Positions 13,021 to 26,586 of a DNA stretch of 64,000 nt are shown here, one piece after another; position 1 is the stretch's first letter, and every line of letters starts with the position of its first letter. This DNA is from Kudoa neothunni. Lineage: Eukaryota > Animalia > Cnidaria. The notes beneath the pieces are model-generated. The model was not told the origin of the DNA and searched no databases. It worked only from the letters and a program-made list of their open reading frames with translations. The position numbers and the translations under genes are program-made. The stretch lies in contig OZ199840.1 in NCBI GenBank assembly GCA_964304625.1, positions 1,712,332 through 1,776,331 on the forward strand. The letters run 5' to 3'.

Positions 13021-16000
13021 AGTTAGAAGATTAACCAAACTTATGTTAAAGACAACCTACAAAATCTATAATTTAATACGGCTTAGTCTTATGGCCTTAA
13101 ATACAATACATTACAACTGCCTTATTCCTTTCTAAATTAAAAATCTAGTCAACAATAATAATTAATATATGCACCTAGCAAAAATATAACTTTAATGTAA
13201 ATAATTATCAAATTAATTGAATTATTATTAATACACAAAGAATTAAAAAAATATACCCGGTTGGAACTGGTTTTAATATTAATCCACAGATGGACTACTC
13301 CTTCCATACATTTACCATGTTCATCTACTATAAAAAGGCAAGAGTGATTTAACAAAACGCATTGATATAAAAACAAATGAATATCACGAATCATGAGATT
13401 TCATGAAAGTTTAAATATTCAAATCAACATCAACGCTTCATCAATTTACAGATTTGTTGTTTCTTAATCTATTCATTAATAGTTTAAATAATACTCCTGA
13501 ATTCATAATTAGTTTTATTAACATTAAAAATATTGAAATCTGTATTAGTTGATACTTTACTCGATTGAAAAATTCATTTCAATTTAACTAATAATATAAT
13601 AAATATTGTCTAATAGCTTTTGCCAAGTAGAATGTAATATTTGTCGCTCTATTAACTTTTAATTATATTAATATATATATATATATATATTTTATTATTT
13701 TAGATTCTGGATATGATCTACTAGAGATTAATAAATATTTCTATATGTTTCTATGCCAAAAAATTACAGAAATTATAATTTAATGGTAAAATTTCGTGAT
13801 TTGTATTTTTAGTCAAATTTATTACGATATTAAAATAAACTTAACTTAGTCCAAATTTTACTATAAAACAGACGATAATATTTTACAATAATTTTAGAAA
13901 AGGTTTGTGATATTTAATTATATGTTTGATATAAACGTACTCTAACTTTATATAATAATGCGCATGCGCTAGAAATTCAAAATATTTTTGCGATAATTTT
14001 TTAAAATTGTGCGAATTTACACGTAAAAATATATAAAAGTTTGAAAGATTTATTTTAAAGTAAAATGAGTATAAAAGATGAAATAGACAACGACTTAAGC
14101 TTAATTAACTTAGAATACAACCATATTTTTTATGAAAAAAATTCACTTTAATATATTAATTTTTCACCATAATCCCTATAAGTTTGTTATGACATGATAA
14201 TTCTTTTTATTGGAAGTTTTAGTAGAAATTATTCTGCAATTTAGTTTTGTATAAATATCACCGGGAAACAGTATTTAAACGATTAATAATGCACTATTAT
14301 TTAGTGGTGTGAAAGTATTTTTAAGCCTCAATATAGTGAGGGTTAATTCTAATGTCTTTAAATTCGCCTTGAGAGGTTTTAGTCCCAATTGAACTAATTG
14401 AATTATGATACCTATTAATCATTTCACCTCTTTTCCCTAGGATACCCTTATTATAGGGTTTCTCAGTTAACCTCGCCACTTTCGCATTCAAACTCATTAT
14501 TTGCAATTAAACACGATATTTTTTATTTAAAATCGGCATTTTCGTATCGAGGGCGATGCATCTTTGACAGGGCATTTGTTTGTTGGGAAATATTCATAGA
14601 ATTTGGACCATATTTTAACAGTGACTCCTGAAAGAAATGTTTGTCTTCTGATTCTAGAAATTCAATATCTGAGAATTATTTATTATCAACTTCTCATCTA
14701 CAAACACCAAAGTGAAACCATCTCTTCGGTTTTATCTCCTCTGTCCGAAGTGGGTTCCATTTGGGACCCCAATTTCATCATTTTCATGTTACTCCGAAAG
14801 TAAACTGCTGATTCCTTAACTGTTCCATGAATGTCTCACAGGGTTAACAAGTTTGTATAAAAGCTGTAATTTTGTTTATAATTTAAAAAATACGCTTTAA
14901 AGATTAATTTTATTTCATAATCTGGGTATTTGTTCTAATAGAATTTCAAAAAAATGACCCCTTTTATACATATTAATCTATTTTACTCACTTATATTTAT
15001 AAATTTTGTTTAATTTTTTTTTAAGCCATACATATGTATGTTTTTATATACTTCGACTTAATAGGAGATCAACGAGAACTAATACGTGTCAAGTTTGACT
15101 TGTAGGCTCTTGTTTCTCTAAAATTCCTCATTTATCGACAATAAACTAATACATGATTCATTATATGAAATATAAATATAGAATCCTCGTGTATTGTTTG
15201 GGGATTCCGTAATTTTTATACAGAATAATATAAATTGGTAGAATGTAAAGTAGTCGGAAAATGATTGTTCTGTTGCTAATTTATTAAAATAAACCATAGG
15301 ACATATAAATAATTTTTAAAAATAGTCATAAGTAATGGCTAATGATATTTTTATTTAGTATATATCAATAGTTAAAGCATCGTGCGTTTATTGATTATTG
15401 ATATCGACATGTATGTGCTACGAATTATTCGCATAGAAGCGTTAAACGTATGTTTCACCAGTTCCATTAATGTGGATACCAAAATATTTAAACTACTTAG
15501 GTTACCTCAAAATAGATTGTTTATCGTAACCATACTAACTCTTAAAAATGAAAATAAATTAAGAATTAATTCGTAAAAACTTAAATGAGCCACTAAGCAA
15601 TAAAGCTTTTATAATTTTTTTATTCTACTTTTGAAGACATTCAAATGATGTGAATCTTTCAAACATTGATTTCTATGAAGTCTCAGAATAAACTGATTGC
15701 GCGGCTACATTTCCTACTCCCGAAACAGTTCGTACAATAATTTCTACAGAACGGTGCTTAGTTGAGTTTATGTTTCATCTTCATCTGTTAATTTTTTATG
15801 GAATCTAGTCGGTTAAAATAAATGTTTATTTCGTTTAGACTTGTTCAAAATCTTTAGTGCTGAAATTTATGCGCTGATTTCATCACATTAGTCCAAAACT
15901 TTAAATTCATATCGGCCTGGTATCTGCATTTTAGGCTACCGGAGAGAGTTAGATTTAATTTTTTATACTCACAAATTTCTTTAAATAATATCACGTTAGA

Positions 16001-16499
16001 TTCGTAATAAATGATGGCGTTTAAGACCAATTTAAAAGGGGCCATATACACACCCCTTCGGCGCTCGTGGAATTTTCTCGCACACAGTACGGGGAGGATT
16101 AAAGAGGCAAATATATAATTTTCCACCAGTGGATGAAGTCACTCTTATATTGCTCTTGGAATGCATTTTCTGTGACCAGCTGTTTAGCCTAATTTATAAA
16201 ATTTCAAATAACAGAATATATCGAATCAAAATCCAAAGACGGGGAGAGGGCTAAAATTCTTTAAATAGAACAAAAGCAAATAATTATTAATTTGTGGGTG
16301 CAGATTCGTAAGTAAACCCAAGAGACCTCAAAAAAAGTTCACAATGGGTTCCGTCTTTAAATTTCCCTCATTATAATGGATGATGTAATAGTTCAACCCA
16401 ATTACACCCCTAAACCCCTAGTTAGGGTACACAAAAGAAGGAATTGCAAAGCCTCGGCTCAGAAGAGATTTGATTATTCCCGAATATTTCGTGAGCTAG

Positions 16500-18000
16500 A
16501 GACAATGGTGAATCTTTAAAACATTGCGTTCCTGGATGACGAGGGTTTCTCGGTTGTTACGGGATCTAAAAGAAGGCTACCATTACCACGTTTAACCCCG
16601 AATTTAATTCATTGGCTGAAAAAAATTCTTTTTCTTCTTCTTAAATTTTAAATAATTTTGTCTAAAATATCGAAAAATCGGAGAGTCCATTTCAAAAATT
16701 AAATAGATACACACATGGTGCCGAGCGGAAACATTGGGACCGTGCTTATTTCAATATACGGGGGTGCCGTATGTGCTCGTTTTTATGTTACATTGTTTTT
16801 AACCAAAAAATTACTCTTCCACCATCTGAAATGAGATATTAAATTATTGATTACAATTTCAATAATCCAGAAAGTAGTTTCTGTTTTTATTGAGACACAA
16901 ATGGACAATACACCTAATGCGAATATGTCCAAATAATCTAACATTGAAGAATCGGTTTAAATAAGTAAAACATTAAAATATAATATCTTCAACTTGTTCA
17001 AAAATATCAGTTGTTTCAATATAATTGCTTATTTAATTTTTATCGTTCATTGTCTAATTTTAATGGTAGTCATCTTCCTCCTCATCACTATAACTGTATT
17101 CGGATGCGATACCATCATATTGACTATACAAAATGAAATACGATTCCATTCCAACGTCTGAATTGTGCCCACCTGGTAATAATATGATTTTTTTAAAGTA
17201 TGCTATATTTATCCCTCCCCTAACCTAGTCAGAATCTATTCCAAAATGTATAGACATACTTAAATCTTAAATCGAGGGCGAACGTTACCGTGTGACAACA
17301 CTCACTATATCCAATAGCTCAATGTTGCCTGATGGCAACTTGGATTAACCAGTCCTTATAATATACATATCGAAAGATATTTTCTTCGTAGACTAATTTT
17401 TGAAGAAACTTATTTAATACTATATGTGTGTATTTTTTAATTTTACTGAAACCTCAAAATTACAAGTTCAATTGCAAAATACTTTTAGTCTATTTTATAC
17501 TTGCTGTAGAGTTAAATATTCATCTGTATTGATATTGATATAAAACATACAAATTAGTATAATTCATTTATATAAAATCAAAATAACATTAACTATATTA
17601 ATATAATATAAATAAATTTACAAAATGTAATTAAAAGGTTAAAAACACTAACAAAATTAAAACATTGCCATTTGGCAACATTGGAGTTCAAAGGGTTAAA
17701 GAGCACGTATCATACTATTTGGTTTCAGATGCTAAAATTTGAACTATTTCGGCTGTTGCAATTGTTAATAAAAATGGTATCATCAATATAAGATCCATGG
17801 GAAGGGCTGCAAAGTGAGAAAACTATAAGTTTTATTTCAGGAACTTAAGAGATCATTCACTTCGAAGGCATCTAGGATCGAATTTTTATAATGAATAATG
17901 TTAAAATCCGTCGTTATATTGAATTACGAAAGATAATGAGGGAAAACATCATTATAAAGTATTTGGCATCATTCAGCCAATTGCTCTTTCCAAGCAAAAA
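16500..18000 (+). mobile_element. Fragmented Tc1/IS630-type DDE transposase relics interleaved with a piggyBac-like end
   Basis: IAFLDDEGFSVVTGSKRR (~16523-16578), ISAVAIVNKNGII and IFIMNNVKI (~17745-17910). A piggyBac-like end ...GGCAACATTGGAGTTCAAAGGG-TTAA lies at ~17670-17699, with an inverted partial copy at ~17320-17340. Confidence 0.45.
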
Positions 18001-18072
18001 TGTCCCTTCCGTAGGAAAAGTTGATTATTCTATGGGGTTGCAGAAATAAAACGATCTAAAAATAGAAATCAA

Positions 18073-19224
18073 ATTTATATAAAATAGGAATGTTCGTGTG
18101 TCTGTGAACCTGTGAACGTGGGAGAGTACGCGTTTGCAGAATTTCTTGTCCTTATAGAGGGATATGTAAGAAACTATAAATGGTTGATAATATTGTAAAA
18201 ATTCTATAATTTGTTATTCACTATCAAAAATTTTAATCGCATTTAGAAAATGATGGTTACATCTGCTTTATTTTGTTAAATTGAAAACAAGACGTCGAAA
18301 CAATGATTAATATTTTAACAAAAAGATTAAAATCTTTTATTTTAATATCGTAGTATATTGGAGTATAACTTTCTCTGTATATGCTCTAATAAATTGTTAA
18401 TTTTATAAGGTCATCTTTGTTTGAATATAAAATAAGTGTATGCACAAATGCACTCCTAAAATTAGGGTTTTAATATAATTGACTTAATTAATAAATTAAA
18501 AATATTATATTTATTGTATTAAATACAATAAAGAGATACACATTTGTGTAATAATGATGAAATTCGGCGCATGTTATAAGATGATAATTTTGGCCTTATA
18601 CTACTGAGATTACGTCATCAGATTTTATTAGAATGACCGCTAAATTTAACTTTAATTGAAGAGATTTAATTCTCGAATGAAATTTTATATTCCATAATTA
18701 TTTAAAATGTTTTTGTCGATATCAAGGGACAGCGCAGTTGTTTTGAGGAAAGAGTGTATTATAATTATTGCCGAATAGTTTGGATATTTATTTAAGAATT
18801 TGAAATTAATTTAATCGAGTTATCTTCTAATTGTATTGTTTTTGTTATTTTTATGATCTCACTAAAACATCGATGTAAAACATTTTATGGCCAGGTCAAA
18901 ATTCGGCCTTAATAACTTCAGGGATTGAGAAAAACAAATTTTTAAACTATAGAAAATATTTAAAATACTGAGAAGGAGAATCAATATGACGCAGACCTTC
19001 AATTATTTAAGGCTGGTTAATTTTTGTGGTTGGTGCATCCCCTCGCCGAAATTATCATGATTTTTATTTCTTTTATCATAAACATTAAAATTAGATTACT
19101 TCAAAAAATTACTTAATCCTATTTGTTGGTTAAATAGAAGGAAAAAAACAATTTTTGACGTTTTTAAGAAACTTTTCAAAACAATGTTTTCCCATCCCAG
19201 GCAGAGCTTTGCAATTCATTCTAG
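18073..19224 (+). mobile_element. Possible non-autonomous Helitron-like element
   Basis: The 5' end TTTATATAAAATAGGAATGTTCGTGTGTCTGTG resembles the motif at 30014. The 3' end CCCAGGCAGAGC...TTCTAGT resembles a decayed hairpin+CTAG terminus. Confidence 0.3.
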
Positions 19225-20132
19225 TAACAAATTATAGGATAAGCTAATAACAATAAAAACAAAAACAAATGAGTTTTAATATGTTGAAGTTTTCTTTAAA
19301 ATATAAGATTAATCAAAATGATATGTCATTATATTTTATCGCATTCAGCGATATCAAATTGAACAATTACATGAAACTCACACTTATTTATGACATTATT
19401 TAAATACTGTATAGATTCATCGTAATATTCTGTAAAAAATGAAGATTCTTTAATGAAATAATGACTAATATTTATCATTATAATTATTAATGACCATTGC
19501 AGTATACTTTTAAATATTTTAATTTCTATCCACTTGAGTACACAGCTACACATACTAAATTTTTCCTTGTGCTATATTTGTATATTGTAATATATTATTT
19601 CGAATTCAACTATCAGTAGTAAACGATGAGAAGTTTAATTTTATTATTTTTAATCACAAAATTTTTTTAATTTATATTTTGAGTTATTTTGCATCATAAC
19701 ACAGCCTATTCTCTAGAATTGAAATTAAATGGTTTTACATATACATAAATAATGAACGTCGCCAAAACAATAGCTTATATTACATAGTTCAATAAAATTA
19801 TCGATATCAACCGAGCCAAATTTCCATTTATTTATTGTATTCTATATATACAAGCAGGTAATGCGGCGAAGAACAATATTTAGTCTGGATTTTTTTTAAT
19901 TATCGAAGAGATGTACCTAATTTTAACTATATATTTTCAATTAAATTTAAAAAGTTTTTAATTACAATCAATCGAATTATAATTTATTAAGATGAATTAA
20001 CAAATCCGAAATGTTATTATTAATGCATTGTTTATTTGAAAGGCAAATATAATTCTATATATATATGTATATATGAATTAAAATCCGATCAAACTATTGA
20101 TATTCATATTGAACGACAACTCTAATTTTTCG

Positions 20133-23092
20133 ATGTCACAGACTACGTTATCAGGCTGGCTCTATTTATTAGGGATTTATACTTTTTCTTGTGTATACAT
20201 ATTTATATTGTAAGACTCATTGTAAATAAAAATAGTCTATATTCCACTTCTACCCAAAGTACAAGGTCAGGTAGGAGCTCCAAATCAAGTTGCTACTGAA
20301 AACTCTTTAAAATACAAACTTGTTGAGGATGCACAGGCAATTAAAGGTCAATTTAGTATTGAGTGGAAGAGACTATCCCGCGTCGAAAAAGTGCTATATT
20401 AAAAAATCGAATGATGATATCACGAACCTTGTCGATATTGATACCACTGAATGCGCTATTGATGGTTCACAAAAAGTTTCTGGAAAATGTGTTATAACAT
20501 GTTCAGGAAATGGAAAAAACTTAGCTTTTGATAAATTCTCCCCAAGGACAAAATATATTGCAGTTTTTACTCATGAAGATGCAGAGACGGCCTCAGGGAA
20601 AAGCAGCGGTGGGGCAGTCTTTGGTCTTGAGCTGCGTAAATAAAGCATTTAAAATATTATGGTAAACTTCTTTTAGAATTATTGGTGAATCCGCGAGTTA
20701 CAATAACAAAACATAAAACAAAATTGAGATTGAGGACAAAAACTTGTAAACCAGTGAAATGCCTCATATTCTATAAGGATATGCTATATATAGAAGGAAG
20801 AGTTGGAAGTACCTGCGTCACAAGTATTGATAGTGAATTGGAGTTTAATTTAATGATTCCTCATTACGAAATGAAATGCGATAATTATCCCAGTTTCTTT
20901 TATAAACTTCAAAATAAATACACTTTGTCAAACATTGATATTTATAAGCCACAGTATTACGTGACTAAAAAGTTGAATACGGCAAATAGATATTTTCTGA
21001 AATTTACAAACAAATTTCCTTTTGAAATGTGTCTCTTCAATATTAGAGATCCGTCAGCTAAACCAACAAACCCAAATACCGATGGCTTCACGTCAAAGTG
21101 TAGTTCAACCGAGAAAAAATGTTATGCACCATGTAATAATGTTGAACTTGAGTTCACAGCTTCCAAGTCTCTTGTTGAAATATTGATTCAAACCAGACAT
21201 GTACCGTTGAATAAATATGAAAACGCCTATATTGGTTATATTCAGCAAAAATTTGGTAAAGTCGTGGATAAAATTAACTTTGATAATCTTCTTATAGTTA
21301 TCACCGAAACATCAGATAATGTCTTGTTGACAGAACATTCACCCACTGGTGTAACATTAAAAGTTTCCTTGTTTAAACCATCTGATGGAGCTCGATTTTT
21401 CAACTGTACTGTAACTTATTATGAAGCAGACAAACCAGAAATTGCACCCGGTGCTCCTCAAAGGGCAAAATGTTCTAACAGCCATCGAAGCTGTCAAACA
21501 GCGTGTACTACTGCTCTAACGATTACAGGGCTTGGATAGCGGAAAACCATATATAATTGAAGTTGCAGCAGGCAACAAAGGTGGCAAGCTTAGAAACTTT
21601 AAGGAACATCTATTCTTTCGAACGGGTAATATAATATAAAAAATATTTTTTAAAATAAGTGTATAGAAAAAAAATCTGGATCTGACTTCTCTGGAACAAA
21701 CCCAGCAGTAAAGGATACAACCGTATCAATTAAAGCAATAGATGGAACTAAAACACTTACAGATCAAGAAGAGACTTGTGCTTATTATATTAGCCCTCGT
21801 GGAAAGGATGTATATGTGTGTGCGATGTGCGAAGAGAGTTATCCTTGCAGGGGTTTTTGCAAGGATTCTCAAAATATTCTAGGTTTAATACCTGGAACTG
21901 AGTATGACCTAAAGGTAGTTGCACACGAGGGATTACGGAGAAAAGTATACCGAATTCGAACATGTATATAATTATTTAACTATGAATTAAATAAGTAATT
22001 CCGTTTCAAGTATTGTCCACGCTTACACTTCGATCGGAATTTATAGAAAAAGGCTTCAAAGTGACCGGTGCAATTTCAACACCATATCCTACAGCTGTTT
22101 GTCATTATAAAGTAAAAGCAAAGAAAGGGCAAGAATTCGTGCCGATCTATCAATGTCCACCTTTAGCTTCCACAAAAAATACTGGTGCATCCTCCATCGA
22201 GTCTACATCTTCTAAAGCAGCAGTGGTTAGGACAGCTAATGGAAAACAAACACAAGATGCACCTTCGTTAAATGAAAAACCACATTCACTCCATGCACAC
22301 AAGCACCATTATGCACTAATATAATATTCAGTGAAGGATACGAAGCAGACAAGGAATATGAAGTTTTAGTTACGGCCGTCGACAGGTCTGTTGAAACTCT
22401 CATCAAGATACCAATTAGTAATAAAACATCAAATTTTAAATTAATATCTTTTATATTTTGATTACATTTTTGAAGCTAATAAAAATATTTACATTAATTA
22501 CTGTTAACCTATATATTAATTTAGACCCAGTGCTAAATTTTAACACGAATAACACCATGAAACTAACCGTGGTGTTTCAAAGGGAAAACAATAATATAAT
22601 AGTTAAAACTTCTCTTCCCTTGGGAGTGATGAGGGACTCGTTATGCAGATGGGAATTGAGAAATTGGGATGATCCATCGAAAGCAATCGTCCAAAAATGT
22701 ATGGTGGCAGGTGAAAAAGATTGCTCGGCGTTTCCATCATGCAAGGAATTCACAATTTTAAATGTGGGGAACACCAACAACTACCGTCTGATTTTATTTC
22801 ACAGTATAGATGATAATATCGCTGGTTTCGCTGAAATTAACAAAGGTACTAAATAAAAACGTTATTCTACATTATTAATGAATAATTTAATAGACGATGA
22901 ATCGAATAAATCAATGTAAAGTGAACTATTCGTCTTCTTATTAATTTATTTTAGGTCAAAAAATGCAATGTACCTATTTACGAAATTATCCTGTTAATCA
23001 ATTATTTTAGAATTATTGCAGTAGTGGTCCCAGTGCTCATCGTGGTTATTGGTGTAGGATTCTATTTCGGATACTGGAAAAATAGAAGCTAG
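20133..23092 (+). pseudogene. Cys-rich FnIII-like membrane protein, paralog B (frameshifted as assembled; pseudogene or consensus errors)
   Basis: Same 10-exon structure as paralog C. Single-base run-length indels relative to C at ~20188, 20336, 21534, 21930, 21942, 22277, 22626 and 22633. Confidence 0.7.
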
Positions 23093-23371
23093 AATCGAAA
23101 TTAAATGGTTTTACACATACATAAATAATGAACGTCGCCAAAAACAATAGCTTATATTACATAGTTCAATAAAATTATTGATACCAACCGAGCCAAATTT
23201 CCATTTATTTATTGTATTCTATATGTATATATATATAAGCAGGTAATGCGGCGAAGAACAATATTTAGTCTGGATTTTTTTTAATTATCGAAGAATGTAC
23301 CTAATTTTAACTATATTATTTTCAATCAAATTTAAAAAGTTTTTAATTACAATCAATCGAATTATAATTTA

Positions 23372-26300
23372 GGCTGTGTCTATTTTGCCGGACGCGCTTT
23401 TTCTCTTAAAATAATAATTCAATCACTACAATTTTTTCCTAAAAAATATCTTTTATAATTGCAGAATATAAATTTAGTTTTCATTAATTCAGTGACAAAT
23501 TTTTACATAGCTAATTTGTATCCATAATATCCAATGAAAATACAGTGAAGTAAAACTATTTGGCCAATTCGTATTTAAAACTTTTATAATTAGGTAAATG
23601 TTTTTATCAGATGATTGATACACCACTAAAATTTAATAAAATGTTGAGTATTCTACTTTAAATAATAAATGTTTGAAATTATCTTGTATTGCAACGCCAA
23701 ATAATTGGGGGACTGTTTAACTTCCACATAAATTATATTTGAATATAATATATCGATATTGGTGTTGTTATTATTACTACTATCATCATTACCATAATCA
23801 TAATTTTCTTTTTTTTCTTAAACCAATAACTGTTTGAAATACACCTTTTGGTCTACCTCTCAATTTCACTACTGTTGGCAGCTTAATTCCTATAATTTTA
23901 TGAATTTAACAAAATGGACAAAAGATACACACCCTTCAAAGATGGATTTTTAGTTGTGGTATTATCTACAATATTCGGGATCTCCATATCAATTATTGAT
24001 GATGGAACATTATCATCAACTGCTTCTAGTATATCCTCATTCTCTAATCGTTATTCCTCAGTAACTAAACACGAAATAAAAATTCTACTAAAGACAATAT
24101 CATTAATTACATGCTGGGATTAAAATCTCTTGATTGTTTTCGTCGACAGATTCAGACGTCAACTTGAACTAAATTAAGATGATATATTAATAGTAGAATA
24201 AATAGTCACTTTATCCAGAGAATCCCCATTGGAAATAAGAGAGTTTAATTTACCTAGAATCTTTTTTAATGAATCATATTGACTCCCTGTTTTTTCAGAC
24301 CCTAGCGAAGCTATTTTCTTACAAAGAATTTCTAGCTCCCTGTATCGCTTTAAAGCCGAATTCGGAACGGGACACTGACTCGAAATTTCTGTAATACTTG
24401 GTTGCACACAACACGAAGGATTTTGAAGATATAAATTTTTGGTCATTTGAATAAATGACAGGTAATATTCTTTGTGTCACCTCTTATTACAAATTTTCTC
24501 TTCATATAAATTGATGTTCATTATTTTTCTAGCGTAAATAATATGCCTACATGGTAACTCCATACTTACGTAGAAACAACATGTACAACTATTGGGATCA
24601 GGATTGGCATAGGATTCGATATGATTATTTATTTCATCCTGCATAATATTATACGCATATGAAGTCAACAATGTTTTATGTTGTTCGTTAATGTCTGAAT
24701 TTAATTTCTCAACAGTTTGGGTTGTCCACTCTCTAACTGCTTTACTCTCACGCTCAGTCCTCATACTTGATAAATAAATAAGCAGATCGCTGAAAAAGAC
24801 TTCAATTGTTGAGAATTTTTTTATGATTTGTTTAATTTTGGAATTTATGCATTCTAATCGATTATTTGTTCTATTTAAAAAGTACCCTTTAGGTTCATAT
24901 ATGCCGGGCACCATTCATGTTTGATTGGATCCCAAGATTTGTTATAAGTAATGATTTTTTTGTTACATGTCTTATTTAACAATTCATGGTAATTTTCATA
25001 AATTTTTGGATCATTGGTATTGCAAAGCTTTTGAATCAACTCTAAGGCAGTTTTTCTTTCGGCTTTGTTTATTCCCATTCTTAATGTAGAGATTTCTCTC
25101 CCAAATGTTCTTAAGACATGGTACAGGCATAAGTTTGTACTTACGTTAGGAAATATAGATCTTATAGAGTTTCTTTCAATCATGTCTTTATCCGTAATGA
25201 AACAAACTGTTTTGGTTGACATTTCCTCGTTATGTTTAAGTAGAGATTGACATAACCAGGTAACAGTCACGGTACTCTCCTCAGATAAAAGAGCAATAGC
25301 TCCTATTTGACTTTGCCCAAAGGAATCGATAAACAGACATATATACAATGGCATACGATTATTGATTAATTTATGAGTGGCATCCATAAATACTAGTTCG
25401 GGAAATTTTTTAATAACGTTTTTCATATAAAGGTCTTGGAAAAATATTCCAGTCATTTCATTGGAGTTATTGTGCAATATTTCGATAGTTGCATTTTGGT
25501 GAGAATTTTTTATTGAATTAAACAATTCCGAAATATCCAACGAAACCTTTTTTTGTGATTGGTTTATGATTTCTAATTGTACTCCTTTTAAATTTCAATC
25601 ATAAAAATGAACATTTTTTATAAGATTCTTGCTTTCTTCATCTAATTTTCTATTCATTGGTAACAAATCCCTAAAATGCTCATTTCTGTTGCAGCTGTGA
25701 GTAAGATCCAATTTTCTAATAACTAACATATTCATGTATTTAGGAACTCGCAGTGTAATGAAGAAATTGCAACCACTTTTATGGCTGTTGATTTTTCTCT
25801 TCCCAGCACTTTTAGATTGTATCTGAATTCAAATTAATTGCATCAATATTTATATAGATGATTACATTTTTACCACCATGAGCACAACAAAAAGTGGCTT
25901 CATAATAAACAAGATCAGAGTTCATGTCTCTATCAAATTTTTTTAGGGCTGTTGAGATTTTTCTAGAGACTCGGATCCAGTAACAAAAGTTGTTCCGCTT
26001 TGAGTATTTATCCATAAATTCATTAGCCTATTCAAAGTTTGTAAATGCATTTCCGACCATAGGTTCAGATGTAATATCCTGAATTAGTAGTGTTTGATCA
26101 GACTCTCCTTCCATAGTGATTCTACTCGCGACTATCAAAGTTACAACCGCACGCTAGAGGGTATTTTACTCGTTTATGCTGTTATAACACATAAAATTAG
26201 ATTAATTATATAAATAATACAGATTTATAAAAATTTAATGTCATTTATAATAATACTTATGAATGAGTTTAAAATATCCTCGATGTATTTTGATACCTAA

Positions 26301-26429
26301 TTATTAATTAAAAGATAAATGAAACTAAATTTATATTCTGCACTTATAAAAGATATTTTTAGGAAAAAATTGTAGCGATTGAATTATTATTTTAAGAGAA
26401 AAAGCGCGTCCGGCAAAATAGACACTGCC
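23372..26429 (-). mobile_element. Mutator-like (MULE) DNA transposon, full length, disrupted transposase
   Basis: ~113-bp TIRs (GGCTGTGTCTATTTTGCCGGACGCGC... 23372-23485; inverse at 26318-26429). 9-bp TSD TATAATTTA at 23363-23371 and 26430-26438, with the empty site at ~19978. Transposase motifs FMDATHK, FITDKD, LCLYHV, SWIM finger CTCCFYVSMELPCRH and N-terminal FCCAHGG. In-frame TAG near 26030 and frameshifts. Confidence 0.95.
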
Positions 26430-26586
26430 TATAATTTATTAAGATGAATTAATAAATCCGAAATGTTATTATTAATGCATTGTTTATTTGAAAGGCAAAT
26501 ATAATTCTATATATATATATGTATATATGAATTAAAATCCGATCAAACTATTGATATTCATATTGAACGACAACTCTAATTTTTCG

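Noticed and set aside
13959-13970. TGCGCATGCGCT, an NRF1-like palindrome
   Set aside because: It is a single short match ~940 bp from the nearest inferred start codon, with no supporting context.
26010-26114. In-frame TAG in the MULE transposase as a sign of stop-codon reassignment
   Set aside because: Host genes end normally in TAA, TAG and TGA, and the element also has frameshifts, so this is simple decay.
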